This document shows positions 1-10,117 of a DNA stretch of 64,000 bases, piece after piece; position 1 is the stretch's first letter; every line of letters begins with the position of its first letter. This DNA is from Myxococcota bacterium (GTDB lineage: Bacteria > Myxococcota_A > UBA9160 > UBA6930), in the NCBI GenBank assembly GCA_965223705.1, contig OZ245015.1, forward strand, positions 704,001 through 768,000, in the 5' to 3' direction. The notes under the pieces were generated by a model. It was not told where the DNA came from. It did no database searches and saw only the letters and a program-made list of their open reading frames with translations. Both the position numbers and the translations under genes were made by a program.

Positions 1-29
1 GGCCGAGCCACGCTACCTTCTTTGCGGAT

Positions 30-593
30 GTGGAGGTGAGACGGATGCCGGCTCACAATCGAGGCAGGGTATGGCTGCTTGTCGCCATCGCCGGAGTCAT
101 GCTCTTCGGCGGCACGCCCTCCGTGCGTCCGCCGGCGCCCGAGCCCGTCGCCGTTTCGGCACGGGGCCTCGACGCCGCGACGATTTCGGCGCTCATCCTC
201 GACGTGAATCCGACGCTCTCTACTGTTGAAGCGGATCGAATCGGAAACTCGGTCGTGCGCTACAGCACGAAATACGGTCTCGACGCGGAAATTGTGACCG
301 CCGTGTTGTTGGTCGAGAGCACGGCGCGCCCTTGGGCGAAGAGTCCTAAGGGCGCCCGGGGGCTGATGCAGGTCATGCCCTATATGGCGCGGCCCCTTGG
401 AATGGTCGGCAACCTGAACACGATCGAGTCGAACATCGAAGCGGGCTGCGTGATCCTGGCCGGAAACATCCGCCGCCTGGGCGAACAGGATGGAATCTCC
501 GCCTATTTCTGGGGTTCCAACATTCGCGGCGTCGCCTACTTGAATCGTATTCAGGCGGCGCGTGAGAAAGTTCGACACTTCCTCGCTTCCTGA
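30..593 (+). CDS. Lytic transglycosylase (SLT domain) with N-terminal membrane anchor/signal
   Basis: Hydrophobic N-terminus; catalytic ES motif (LLVES), ARGLMQVMP, NIEAG and AY motifs of SLT domains. Start codon uncertain (30 or 45). Confidence 0.85.
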   Translation: MEVRRMPAHNRGRVWLLVAIAGVMLFGGTPSVRPPAPEPVAVSARGLDAATISALILDVNPTLSTVEADRIGNSVVRYSTKYGLDAEIVTAVLLVESTARPWAKSPKGARGLMQVMPYMARPLGMVGNLNTIESNIEAGCVILAGNIRRLGEQDGISAYFWGSNIRGVAYLNRIQAAREKVRHFLAS

Positions 594-610
594 GCCGAGC
601 CGCCGGCTCG

Positions 611-1495
611 ATGGGGTCGTGCGCGATGTCCGCCGCAGCCGATAACGCAAGGATTCGAAGTCACGACCCGATTCGGCGCACGGAGTCCTACGTCGGCTGC
701 GCCGGCGAACGGCTGTTCTTGCGAAGCTGGGTCGGAGCGAGGCCCGCGCGCACGGTCGTCTTCCACCACGATCTAGCGGATCACAGCGGCCGCTACGATC
801 GCTTTGCCATGTGGCTGGCCGAGCGTGAGACCGCGGTCTACGCGTTCGACGCCCGAGGTCACGGACTTTCCGGTGGTTCGCGCGGACACGTTACCTCCGC
901 CGGCGATTGGATCTCCGACCTCGACGTGGTGTTGTCCGAAGTCGGCCTGCGAAGTCCGGCGGCTCCGATCTATTTGGCGGGACATGGGCTCGGAGCCCTC
1001 GTCGTGCTCGAGCGCTTGTTGCGCGGCCGCATCGCCGCCCACGGCGGCATCCTGATCGACGTACCGTACGAGGCGGATTGGCCCGTCGAGGCGAGACGCA
1101 CGGCTCGAGGTTGGAGTGTCGTGTGGCCGCGCAAGCGCTTCCACCTGGCGATCGATCCTCGCACGCGCTGCAGCGACGACGACGTCTTGCGTCGTTACCT
1201 CGAGGACGAGCGCATCGATCCGACGGTGAGCGCCCGATTCGCCGACGCGTGCACAGGTCTGCGAAAGCGCGCTTTCGCCGCGGCCGAGAACGCGGACAAG
1301 CCGCTACTCGTGCTGCGGGGCGACGGGGCGCTCATCGGCGGCGGCGAGCTGTCTGAAAGCTCGTGGGCGAACAGCTCCGCGGCGGTGGTTCGGCACTACC
1401 CGGGAATGCGGCACGAGGTGCTTCAGGAGCCCGGGCGAGAGCGGGTCTTCGCCGACATTCTCGCCTGGCTCGAGGAAAGGAAGAGCGGGATATGA
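611..1495 (+). CDS. Alpha/beta hydrolase, lysophospholipase/Hydrolase_4-like, with degenerate active site
   Basis: DHSGRY, FDARGHGLS, RGHV and YPGMRHEVLQE motifs of the monoacylglycerol lipase family; nucleophile elbow reads GHGLG rather than GHSMG. Confidence 0.8.
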   Translation: MGSCAMSAAADNARIRSHDPIRRTESYVGCAGERLFLRSWVGARPARTVVFHHDLADHSGRYDRFAMWLAERETAVYAFDARGHGLSGGSRGHVTSAGDWISDLDVVLSEVGLRSPAAPIYLAGHGLGALVVLERLLRGRIAAHGGILIDVPYEADWPVEARRTARGWSVVWPRKRFHLAIDPRTRCSDDDVLRRYLEDERIDPTVSARFADACTGLRKRAFAAAENADKPLLVLRGDGALIGGGELSESSWANSSAAVVRHYPGMRHEVLQEPGRERVFADILAWLEERKSGI

Positions 1496-2010
1496 CGGAA
1501 CTGAGCCACCTGGACGCCGAGGGCCGAGCCCACATGGTGAACGTCGGGAGAAAACCCGTAACCCGACGGGTCTGCGTCGCTGCCGGGGAGGTTGAGATGA
1601 ACGTCGAGACGGTCCGCCGGATCGCCGAAGGCGACACCCCGAAAGGCGACGTGCTCGCCACGGCCCGCATCGCGGGGATCCAGGCGGCCAAGCGAACCGC
1701 GGAGTGGATCCCCCTCGCGCATCCGCTGCCTCTCGACGCGGTTCACATCGATCTGCGCCCCGAGGAGGTCGGAGGCGCCGGGTTCGTTCGGATCGAGGCA
1801 CGGGTGGAGGCCGAGGCCCGCACAGGCGTCGAGATGGAGGCCCTGGTGGCCGTCTCCGCGGCCGGCTTGACCATTTACGACATGTGCAAGGCCGTGGACC
1901 GGCGAATGTCCTTGAGCGCTGTGCGTCTCATCAGCAAGACCGGCGGTAAGAGTGGCACCTTCACACGCGAAGCAGGCGCCGAGCTAGACTCGGCGGGCCC
2001 TGAACGCTGA
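1492..2010 (+). CDS. moaC: Cyclic pyranopterin monophosphate synthase MoaC
   Basis: LSHLD...AHMVNV, KGDVL, IPLAHP, TGVEMEAL and YDMCKAVD motifs; ATG at 1492 overlaps the upstream stop (ATGA). Confidence 0.95.
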   Translation: MTELSHLDAEGRAHMVNVGRKPVTRRVCVAAGEVEMNVETVRRIAEGDTPKGDVLATARIAGIQAAKRTAEWIPLAHPLPLDAVHIDLRPEEVGGAGFVRIEARVEAEARTGVEMEALVAVSAAGLTIYDMCKAVDRRMSLSAVRLISKTGGKSGTFTREAGAELDSAGPER

Positions 2011-2019
2011 AACCGTTGC

Positions 2020-2046
2020 GGAACCGGCTACGTAGGGTCGGTGTCC
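2020..2046 (+). promoter_or_regulatory. Putative ECF (sigmaE-type) promoter, GGAACC-N17-GTCC
   Basis: GGAACC at 2020-2025 and GTCC at 2043-2046, directly at the 5' end of an ECF sigma gene. Confidence 0.6.
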
Positions 2047-2733
2047 TTTCCGAGCGTGACACTCCTTGCGACCACGCTCCAAGACCGAGGCGGAAAACTG
2101 GCCGACTTGCCTGCCGACGCCACTGTCGAAGAGATCGACCCCGATCTCGAGCTCGTCCGCCGCTGGCAAGCGGGCGACCTCGATGCTTTCTCGGATCTCG
2201 TCAAACGGCACGAGCAGCGGGTCTTCCGCCTGCTTCTCCGAATGCTGGGTTCGCGAGAAGAAGCCGAAGACGTCGCCCAAGAGACCTTCCTGAACCTCCA
2301 CCGCCACGGGCACCGCTTCCGCAGCGAGTCGCGTTTTTCCACGTTCGTCTACCGGGTCGCCGTCAACGCGGCGCTCAACCGCCGGCGAAGCCTCGGTCGA
2401 AAGCGGGCGCGGATGGAAGCGCTGGCCGAGCGCCAGGCCGCCGGAGACCATCTTCCCCAAGCACCGCGCGGACCCGAGGAAGCGGCCGGAGGCGGCGAGA
2501 TCCAGGTGCGCGTCCAGGACGCGATCACGAAGTTGCCGCCGAACCTGAGGGCGCCCCTCGTGCTGTATGACATCGAAGGTCAGCCCTACGCGGAGATCGC
2601 CAAGAGCCTGGGGGTCGCCGAAGGGACCGTGAAATCGAGAATCCACCGCGCTCGCGCTGCGCTGCGCGGCTTGTTGGGGGATCTCGCCCCCGGCCGAAAC
2701 GCCGATAGCGTGGCACACTCCGGAGAAAGCTGA
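2041..2733 (+). CDS. ECF RNA polymerase sigma factor (RpoE-like)
   Basis: Region 2 (AEDVAQETFL, FSTFVYRVAVN) and region 4 (YAEIAKSLGVAEGTVKSRIHRAR). The true start is probably downstream of 2041. Confidence 0.93.
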   Translation: MSFPSVTLLATTLQDRGGKLADLPADATVEEIDPDLELVRRWQAGDLDAFSDLVKRHEQRVFRLLLRMLGSREEAEDVAQETFLNLHRHGHRFRSESRFSTFVYRVAVNAALNRRRSLGRKRARMEALAERQAAGDHLPQAPRGPEEAAGGGEIQVRVQDAITKLPPNLRAPLVLYDIEGQPYAEIAKSLGVAEGTVKSRIHRARAALRGLLGDLAPGRNADSVAHSGES

Positions 2734-2736
2734 GCG

Positions 2737-3729
2737 ATGAACGAGACACTGAACTCCACCGATCTGTCGAGCCGCGTCGACGAGCTGAGCGCCTATCTAG
2801 AAGGCGATCTCAACCCGGGACGCGCCGCCGAACTCGAGCGAGAGCTCGAATCCAACGATGCGCTTCGAGACGAATTGACGGCGCTCAGGAGCCTGCGGCT
2901 AACGCTCCGGGAACTACCGGATCCCGAGGTGCCCTTCGGTCTTTCGACGCGGGTGATGGCGCGGGTGCGGGACGGCGAAGCGAACCCCGGTTGGTTTCAG
3001 TCCATGCGTTCGTGGTTCGGGGGCTCCGGTTTTTCTTCGCTGGGAACCGCGGCGTGCGGCTTTGCCGCCGCGGCGTTCCTTTTCGGTACGGACGCCGGAC
3101 AAGGGCTCCTCGGCAACACCGGCCCGGGTCTCACAGGGGCGCCGTCTCAACTACTGGATAGCGCCGAAGCCCCGCCTCGCCTCAAGCAGGGGTTCATCCC
3201 CGAAGTGGATCGAATTGATACCGTGTCTCGTCCCGGTTCGGGCAGCCTGACGCGGGCGCCGCGCATCGCGGATCCGGCGACGACGGCGCGCCCGCCCCAG
3301 TCGGCACCGCCGCTCCGTGCGGAGCGCGCCGCGAGCGACACGGCGCAGCGCGAGGTGTTTGCGGTGGTGCGGCCTCCCGAGCCGGTGGCAGAAGTCGAAC
3401 GCGTCGATGCGCAGGCCGCGGCGACGGTCGAAACCCGCGACCGACTCGATTTCCGAAGCTGCCTCGTCGCGAACCCGGTCGGAGACCCGGCCTGCGACAA
3501 GACCTATCAGCACTGGGTCGATCTCGCACAAAACAATCGCACAGCGTTTCAGCGAGAAATGGAGACGGTTCCCGGACCGGTTCGCGATGTCTGGCTCCAG
3601 CAGCTCGCCTCGTTTGCGCGGCGCAGCGGCCAGGTCTTCGCCGTCGCGCCGGCACCGCGCGTCGAAACGGGCCCGGGGCGATCCTTCCCGCCGCCGAGCG
3701 CTCTCGGGTTCGGTCCCAACTCGCGCTAG
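2737..3729 (+). CDS. Membrane-anchored anti-sigma factor
   Basis: Lies directly after the ECF sigma; N-terminal anti-sigma-like domain (ELSAYLEGDL), hydrophobic segment (~aa 97-117), Pro/Ala-rich linker and a C-terminal domain with two Cys. Confidence 0.75.
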   Translation: MNETLNSTDLSSRVDELSAYLEGDLNPGRAAELERELESNDALRDELTALRSLRLTLRELPDPEVPFGLSTRVMARVRDGEANPGWFQSMRSWFGGSGFSSLGTAACGFAAAAFLFGTDAGQGLLGNTGPGLTGAPSQLLDSAEAPPRLKQGFIPEVDRIDTVSRPGSGSLTRAPRIADPATTARPPQSAPPLRAERAASDTAQREVFAVVRPPEPVAEVERVDAQAAATVETRDRLDFRSCLVANPVGDPACDKTYQHWVDLAQNNRTAFQREMETVPGPVRDVWLQQLASFARRSGQVFAVAPAPRVETGPGRSFPPPSALGFGPNSR

Positions 3730-3769
3730 CTCATCCGCTTCTCACCCGCCGGTCCCGTCTTGAGGTCGC

Positions 3770-4474
3770 ATGGCCGAAAGACTCGTCCGCGATGCGGACA
3801 GAACGAATGGGCCGCGAGAGCGTCTTGCGGCTCTCGGGACCACTTCCCTTTCCGACGCTGAACTCCTGGCGGTGCTCCTGGGGAGCGGGAGCGCTGCGGC
3901 CAGCGCCGGGACCCTCGCAGCGCAACTCCTCGAGCGGTTCAGGGGGCTCCGGGGCGTCGGCTCGGCGCGCGAAGCGGAGTTGCAAACACTTCCCGGTGTC
4001 GGGTTGGCAAAAGCGGCGACCATCGCGGCGGCGTTCGAGGTGGGTCGGCGCGTCGCCGGAGAAACGTTGCCCGCCGGAACCCCGGTCACGGAACCGGAGC
4101 GCGTTTATCGCGCCTTCCACGCACGCGTCCGCGACGCTCGGCAAGAATCCTTTTGGACGTTGCTCCTCGATGGCCGCCACCGGCTCAAACGGGAGGTCGC
4201 CGTCACACGGGGGACCCTGACGGCCAGTCTCGTTCATCCGCGGGAAGTCTTTGGTCCCGCGGTTCGAGAATCCGCGGCAGCGGTGATCCTGGTGCACAAT
4301 CATCCGAGCGGCGATCCGCGACCGAGCCGGGAGGACATTGCGATCACGCGCCGGCTCGCGCGGGCGGGGCAGCTACTCGGAATTCCCGTCTTGGACCACG
4401 TCGTGGTCGCCGAGCGCGGGTGGGTGAGTCTGAACGAGTTCGGGGCCCTCCGGGGAGTCGGAGATCGCTCATGA
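3770..4474 (+). CDS. radC: RadC/UPF0758 JAB-domain protein
   Basis: PRERL...LSDAELLAVLL N-terminus, helix-hairpin-helix, VHPREVF and HNHPSGDPRPSRED JAB motif. Confidence 0.95.
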   Translation: MAERLVRDADRTNGPRERLAALGTTSLSDAELLAVLLGSGSAAASAGTLAAQLLERFRGLRGVGSAREAELQTLPGVGLAKAATIAAAFEVGRRVAGETLPAGTPVTEPERVYRAFHARVRDARQESFWTLLLDGRHRLKREVAVTRGTLTASLVHPREVFGPAVRESAAAVILVHNHPSGDPRPSREDIAITRRLARAGQLLGIPVLDHVVVAERGWVSLNEFGALRGVGDRS

Positions 4475-4872
4475 GCGATTCGAGGACCGCCGATAGCGAC
4501 CCTGTGAGCCAGGATCGCATCGACACGCCTCCCCTTGAAACGCAGGACGACCGCCGTCGCGCCGACCGGGCCGACCTCGCCGTGCGGGTCGAATACGAAA
4601 CCGTCGATGCGCTCTTCAGCGACTTTACGCGCAACGTGAATGAGGGCGGGCTGTTTATCGAGACCGACCAACCCGCGCCCCTCGATTCGACGATCGCTCT
4701 GCACTTCTGCCTGCCGGGGAGCGACGTGCCCATCAAGGCCAGCGGTCGCGTTGTCCGCTTGTCGGTTCCGCCCGAACCGGCGGGCATGGCGGTGATGTTC
4801 GAGGAACTCGACGCGGAAGCTCGCGAACAGATCAATGCGCTCGTTCGAGAGCTTCGCTCTCGACCCGCCTAG
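4471..4872 (+). CDS. Stand-alone PilZ-domain protein (myxobacterial-type paralog family)
   Basis: RRRADR and NVNEGGLFI motifs, GMAVMF end; ATG at 4471 overlaps the radC stop. Confidence 0.85.
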   Translation: MSDSRTADSDPVSQDRIDTPPLETQDDRRRADRADLAVRVEYETVDALFSDFTRNVNEGGLFIETDQPAPLDSTIALHFCLPGSDVPIKASGRVVRLSVPPEPAGMAVMFEELDAEAREQINALVRELRSRPA

Positions 4873-4878
4873 CCCCGA

Positions 4879-5310
4879 CTAGAACGGAATGTCGTCCCCG
4901 GACGGCGGAGGCGGCTCGCCGCCCCCGGACATGCCACCGCGGCCGCCGTCATCGGGCATGCCACCGCCACCACTACCGCCGCGGCCGCCCAAGAACTGGA
5001 CCGTTTGAGCCACGATCTCTGTGGTGTTGCGCTTCTGGCCCTCGCGGTCTTCCCACTCGCGGCTCTGGATCCGGCCCTCGATATAGACCGAACGCCCTTT
5101 CGAGAGGTACTGCGCGCAGAGCTCGGCGGTCTTGCCCCACGCGACGATGCGATGCCACTCCGTGCGCTCTTCGCGCTGACCCTCTTTAGAATTCCAGCGA
5201 TCGGTGGTTGCCACCGAAAAATTCGCCACCGCCTGACCGTTCTGCGTGTAGCGCAACTCGGGATCGCGCCCGAGATTGCCGACCAAGATGACTTTGTTGA
5301 CGCTCGCCAT
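4879..5310 (-). CDS. ssb: Single-stranded DNA-binding protein
   Basis: [22 protein letters not shown], Gly-rich tail and C-terminal DDIPF. Confidence 0.98.
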   Translation of the reverse strand: MASVNKVILVGNLGRDPELRYTQNGQAVANFSVATTDRWNSKEGQREERTEWHRIVAWGKTAELCAQYLSKGRSVYIEGRIQSREWEDREGQKRNTTEIVAQTVQFLGGRGGSGGGGMPDDGGRGGMSGGGEPPPPSGDDIPF

Positions 5311-5439
5311 GAGGGGAATTCTCCGTCGGTGGGGATCGGTTTCGCGATCATTCCGCGGGTCGCCGAGCGCGTCAACCGATAACGCGAAGAATAAACGATT
5401 CCTCGCTTCCGTCGGTGAACTCCCGGTAGCATCCGATGT

Positions 5440-6171
5440 GTGATCTACGCCATTCGCTACTTGCTGATCGGGGTCTACACGGTTTTCTGGGCCACCCTCG
5501 CAATGCTTGCCGCGGTGCTGGATCGAAGCGGTCGCGGCGTCATTTGGATCGTCGAGACCTGGATCCGCTGGATTTTTTCAACCTGCGGGATCCGGGTGGA
5601 GACCCACGGCCTCGAGCACGTCGATTCTTCAGGCTCCTACGTGGTGATGTGCAACCACCAGAGCGTGATCGACATCGGCGCCTTGGTTGTGTCGTTGCCT
5701 GTCACGTGGCGGTTCGTAGCGAAACGGGAACTCACCCGGGTGCCGTTTTTCGGTTGGGCGCTGCGTCTGTCGGATCACATCATCATCGACCGCGGCGATC
5801 GCGAGCGGGCGGTCGAGAGCCTTCGGCAAGCGGCTGAGCGGATCCGGGCGGGGATCAGCGTCGTCATTTTCCCCGAAGGCACGCGAAGCGAAGATGGAGA
5901 ACTTCGATCGTTCAAGAGCGGCGGCTTTCACTTGGCCCTCGAAGCCGGGGTGCCGATCCTTCCCGTGACGGTTTCCGGGAGCCAGCAGATCACGCCCAAG
6001 GGCTCCCTTCGCGTCGAGAGCGGCCTGGTGGCGACCCGCTTCGGTCCGCCGATTCCAACGGAAGGCCTCACAACGGCGGACCGCGCGGCGCTGAAAGATC
6101 GGGTTCGCGAAGCCATCCTCGCCGGTTTTGATTCGACGCTGCAAAACCCCAACAGTTTTCCCGGAAAGTGA
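5440..6171 (+). CDS. plsC: 1-acyl-sn-glycerol-3-phosphate acyltransferase (PlsC family)
   Basis: NHQSVID, FVAKREL, IIIDR and IFPEGTRS acyltransferase blocks. Confidence 0.9.
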   Translation: MIYAIRYLLIGVYTVFWATLAMLAAVLDRSGRGVIWIVETWIRWIFSTCGIRVETHGLEHVDSSGSYVVMCNHQSVIDIGALVVSLPVTWRFVAKRELTRVPFFGWALRLSDHIIIDRGDRERAVESLRQAAERIRAGISVVIFPEGTRSEDGELRSFKSGGFHLALEAGVPILPVTVSGSQQITPKGSLRVESGLVATRFGPPIPTEGLTTADRAALKDRVREAILAGFDSTLQNPNSFPGK

Positions 6172-6245
6172 TAGAAACCCCTCCCTTGGCGCTTTCTCCG
6201 ACCCGCCGGTAAGTTCAGCCGCTTCGTCTCGCGGGGTGAGAGGCG

Positions 6246-8687
<2,442 letters not shown>

Positions 8688-8721
8688 CGAATCTTCGGAA
8701 TCCGCCTGCGTCGGAGAGTGC

Positions 8722-9435
8722 ATGCCCGCAAGAACCCGCGCCACTTCGCTCGCGGCCGCGTTGCTCGTCGGCCTGCTCCTCGGCATCGGTGCCCAGGGCG
8801 GCGGCGAGACGGATCGGGAGCACCCCGCACGCAACGGTTCGGGCTGCGCAGAATCGCTGTCGGTACGCGTCCAGGCGTACTACGACCGGATTCGCGGGCT
8901 CCGCGCAGATTTCGAACAAGTGAGCCGCAGCGTGGCGCTCGGCGCCGGAGAGGCCGCGACCCAATCCTCGAGGGGCAACGTCACGCTCGCCAAACCCGGG
9001 AGAATGCGGTGGGAATACACCGGGCCCGAGCCGAGTCTCGTCGTCAGCGACGGAACCACGTTGTGGATCTACGATCCGGAAGCCTCGGAAGTCCAGGTTC
9101 TTCCGATGACGGGAGACAGCCTGAGCGGGGCGGGACTTCAATTCCTCTTCGGCGAGGGCAAGCTCACGGACGCGTTTCAGATTGCGGCCCGGCGTTGCGA
9201 TACGGATCGGCCGGAGCTTGTACTGACGCCCAAGGACGAAGCGCTCTTCGAAAGGATCATCCTCGAGGTCGATCCCGAAACCGGAGTGGCCCGCGGGACC
9301 GAGATTCGAGACCTCTTCGGAAACCGCACGGAGCTCGTGCTTCACGACATCGAGACCGACGGCGACTTCGACGACGGAATGTTTCGGTTCGAGCCGCCCG
9401 AGGGCACCCGAGTCCACCGACTCGAAGGGCCGTAG
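8722..9435 (+). CDS. lolA: Outer-membrane lipoprotein carrier LolA
   Basis: Signal peptide; ADFEQ, KPGRMRWEY and VSDGTTLWIYDP motifs; conserved ftsK-lolA adjacency; GGAG RBS before ATG 8722. Confidence 0.9.
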   Translation: MPARTRATSLAAALLVGLLLGIGAQGGGETDREHPARNGSGCAESLSVRVQAYYDRIRGLRADFEQVSRSVALGAGEAATQSSRGNVTLAKPGRMRWEYTGPEPSLVVSDGTTLWIYDPEASEVQVLPMTGDSLSGAGLQFLFGEGKLTDAFQIAARRCDTDRPELVLTPKDEALFERIILEVDPETGVARGTEIRDLFGNRTELVLHDIETDGDFDDGMFRFEPPEGTRVHRLEGP

Positions 9436-9694
9436 GCCGACGCCTTTGCGCGCCCATTAAAGGGAACACCGCTTCCGGGATTGCGGTGGAACCGCGTACT
9501 CCACCCGAGAAAAGCGTCAAAATCGTGTCACGGCGTCGGCAGACTTGCATCTCGAAACGGCATGCGCGGCGCAATTGACGGTCCAACCCGGCGCTTTTTC
9601 AGGAAAGCGATTCCCCGCGCAGGGGCGCGGTGCGAAATCATCAAAAAGTGTTTTATTTTCGAATAGTTAGCTTGCCCGCGGGGGCCCCGTCCGG

Positions 9695-9722
9695 TTGACA
9701 GCCGGGGGGCGTCTGATATTCT
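9695..9722 (+). promoter_or_regulatory. Putative sigma70 promoter, TTGACA-N16-TATTCT with extended -10 TG
   Basis: Perfect TTGACA at 9695-9700, TG at 9714-9715 and TATTCT at 9717-9722, inside an AT-rich island of a GC-rich genome. Confidence 0.55.
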
Positions 9723-9738
9723 TAGTTTCCTAAAAGTA

Positions 9739-9770
9739 GAGAAAAAACAAGCACTTGCGAGTTTTTTCTC
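9739..9770. repeat. Perfect 10-bp inverted repeat overlapping an IHF-like site
   Basis: GAGAAAAAAC (9739-9748) and GTTTTTTCTC (9761-9770). AAACAAGCACTTG (9745-9757) is one mismatch from WATCAANNNNTTR. Confidence 0.7.
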
Positions 9771-10043
9771 GTGTCCGGGCACCCGACGGAGAGGGTAGGA
9801 CGTCGGAAGCGGCGAAGGAGGCGCGCAACGAGAGCCGCTTCGCGACCCGCTTTTGGCTCCTTTTGTCGAGAAATGGCCGGGTGTCGAAGGGAATTGTTTG
9901 TTAGACCGCCCGAACCAAGCCTGGATGGTCGGAAAACGGCACGCAACGGCCTCCGAAAGCCCGCGCGGTCGGTGCACTCTTGGTGAGGGTTATTTCGTCC
10001 GGTTGGAGCCGGCAGCCATAGAGCCCACCCTCTTCCGCTCACG

Positions 10044-10059
10044 CGGCACGGGCTTTGCA
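10044..10059 (+). promoter_or_regulatory. sigma54 (RpoN) -24/-12 promoter upstream of arc
   Basis: CGGCACG-GGCT-TTGCA matches TGGCACG-N4-TTGCW with exact GG-N10-GC spacing, about 60 bp before the arc ATG. Confidence 0.7.
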
Positions 10060-10117
10060 CTAGTGGGCTGCGGGAAACTCGTCCCAGGTGGCGGGTTCGA
10101 AAAGGGGAGAGGGCGCG

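Noticed and set aside
3770..4474. RadC JAB domain as a depupylase or ubiquitin-system partner
   Set aside because: Ordinary full-length RadC, widespread in bacteria, more than 5 kb from the operon and in a different transcription unit.
9973..9987. Possible NtrC site TGCAC-TCTTG-GTGAG upstream of the sigma54 promoter
   Set aside because: Half-site spacing is 5 rather than 7 and the right half is degenerate; not convincing.
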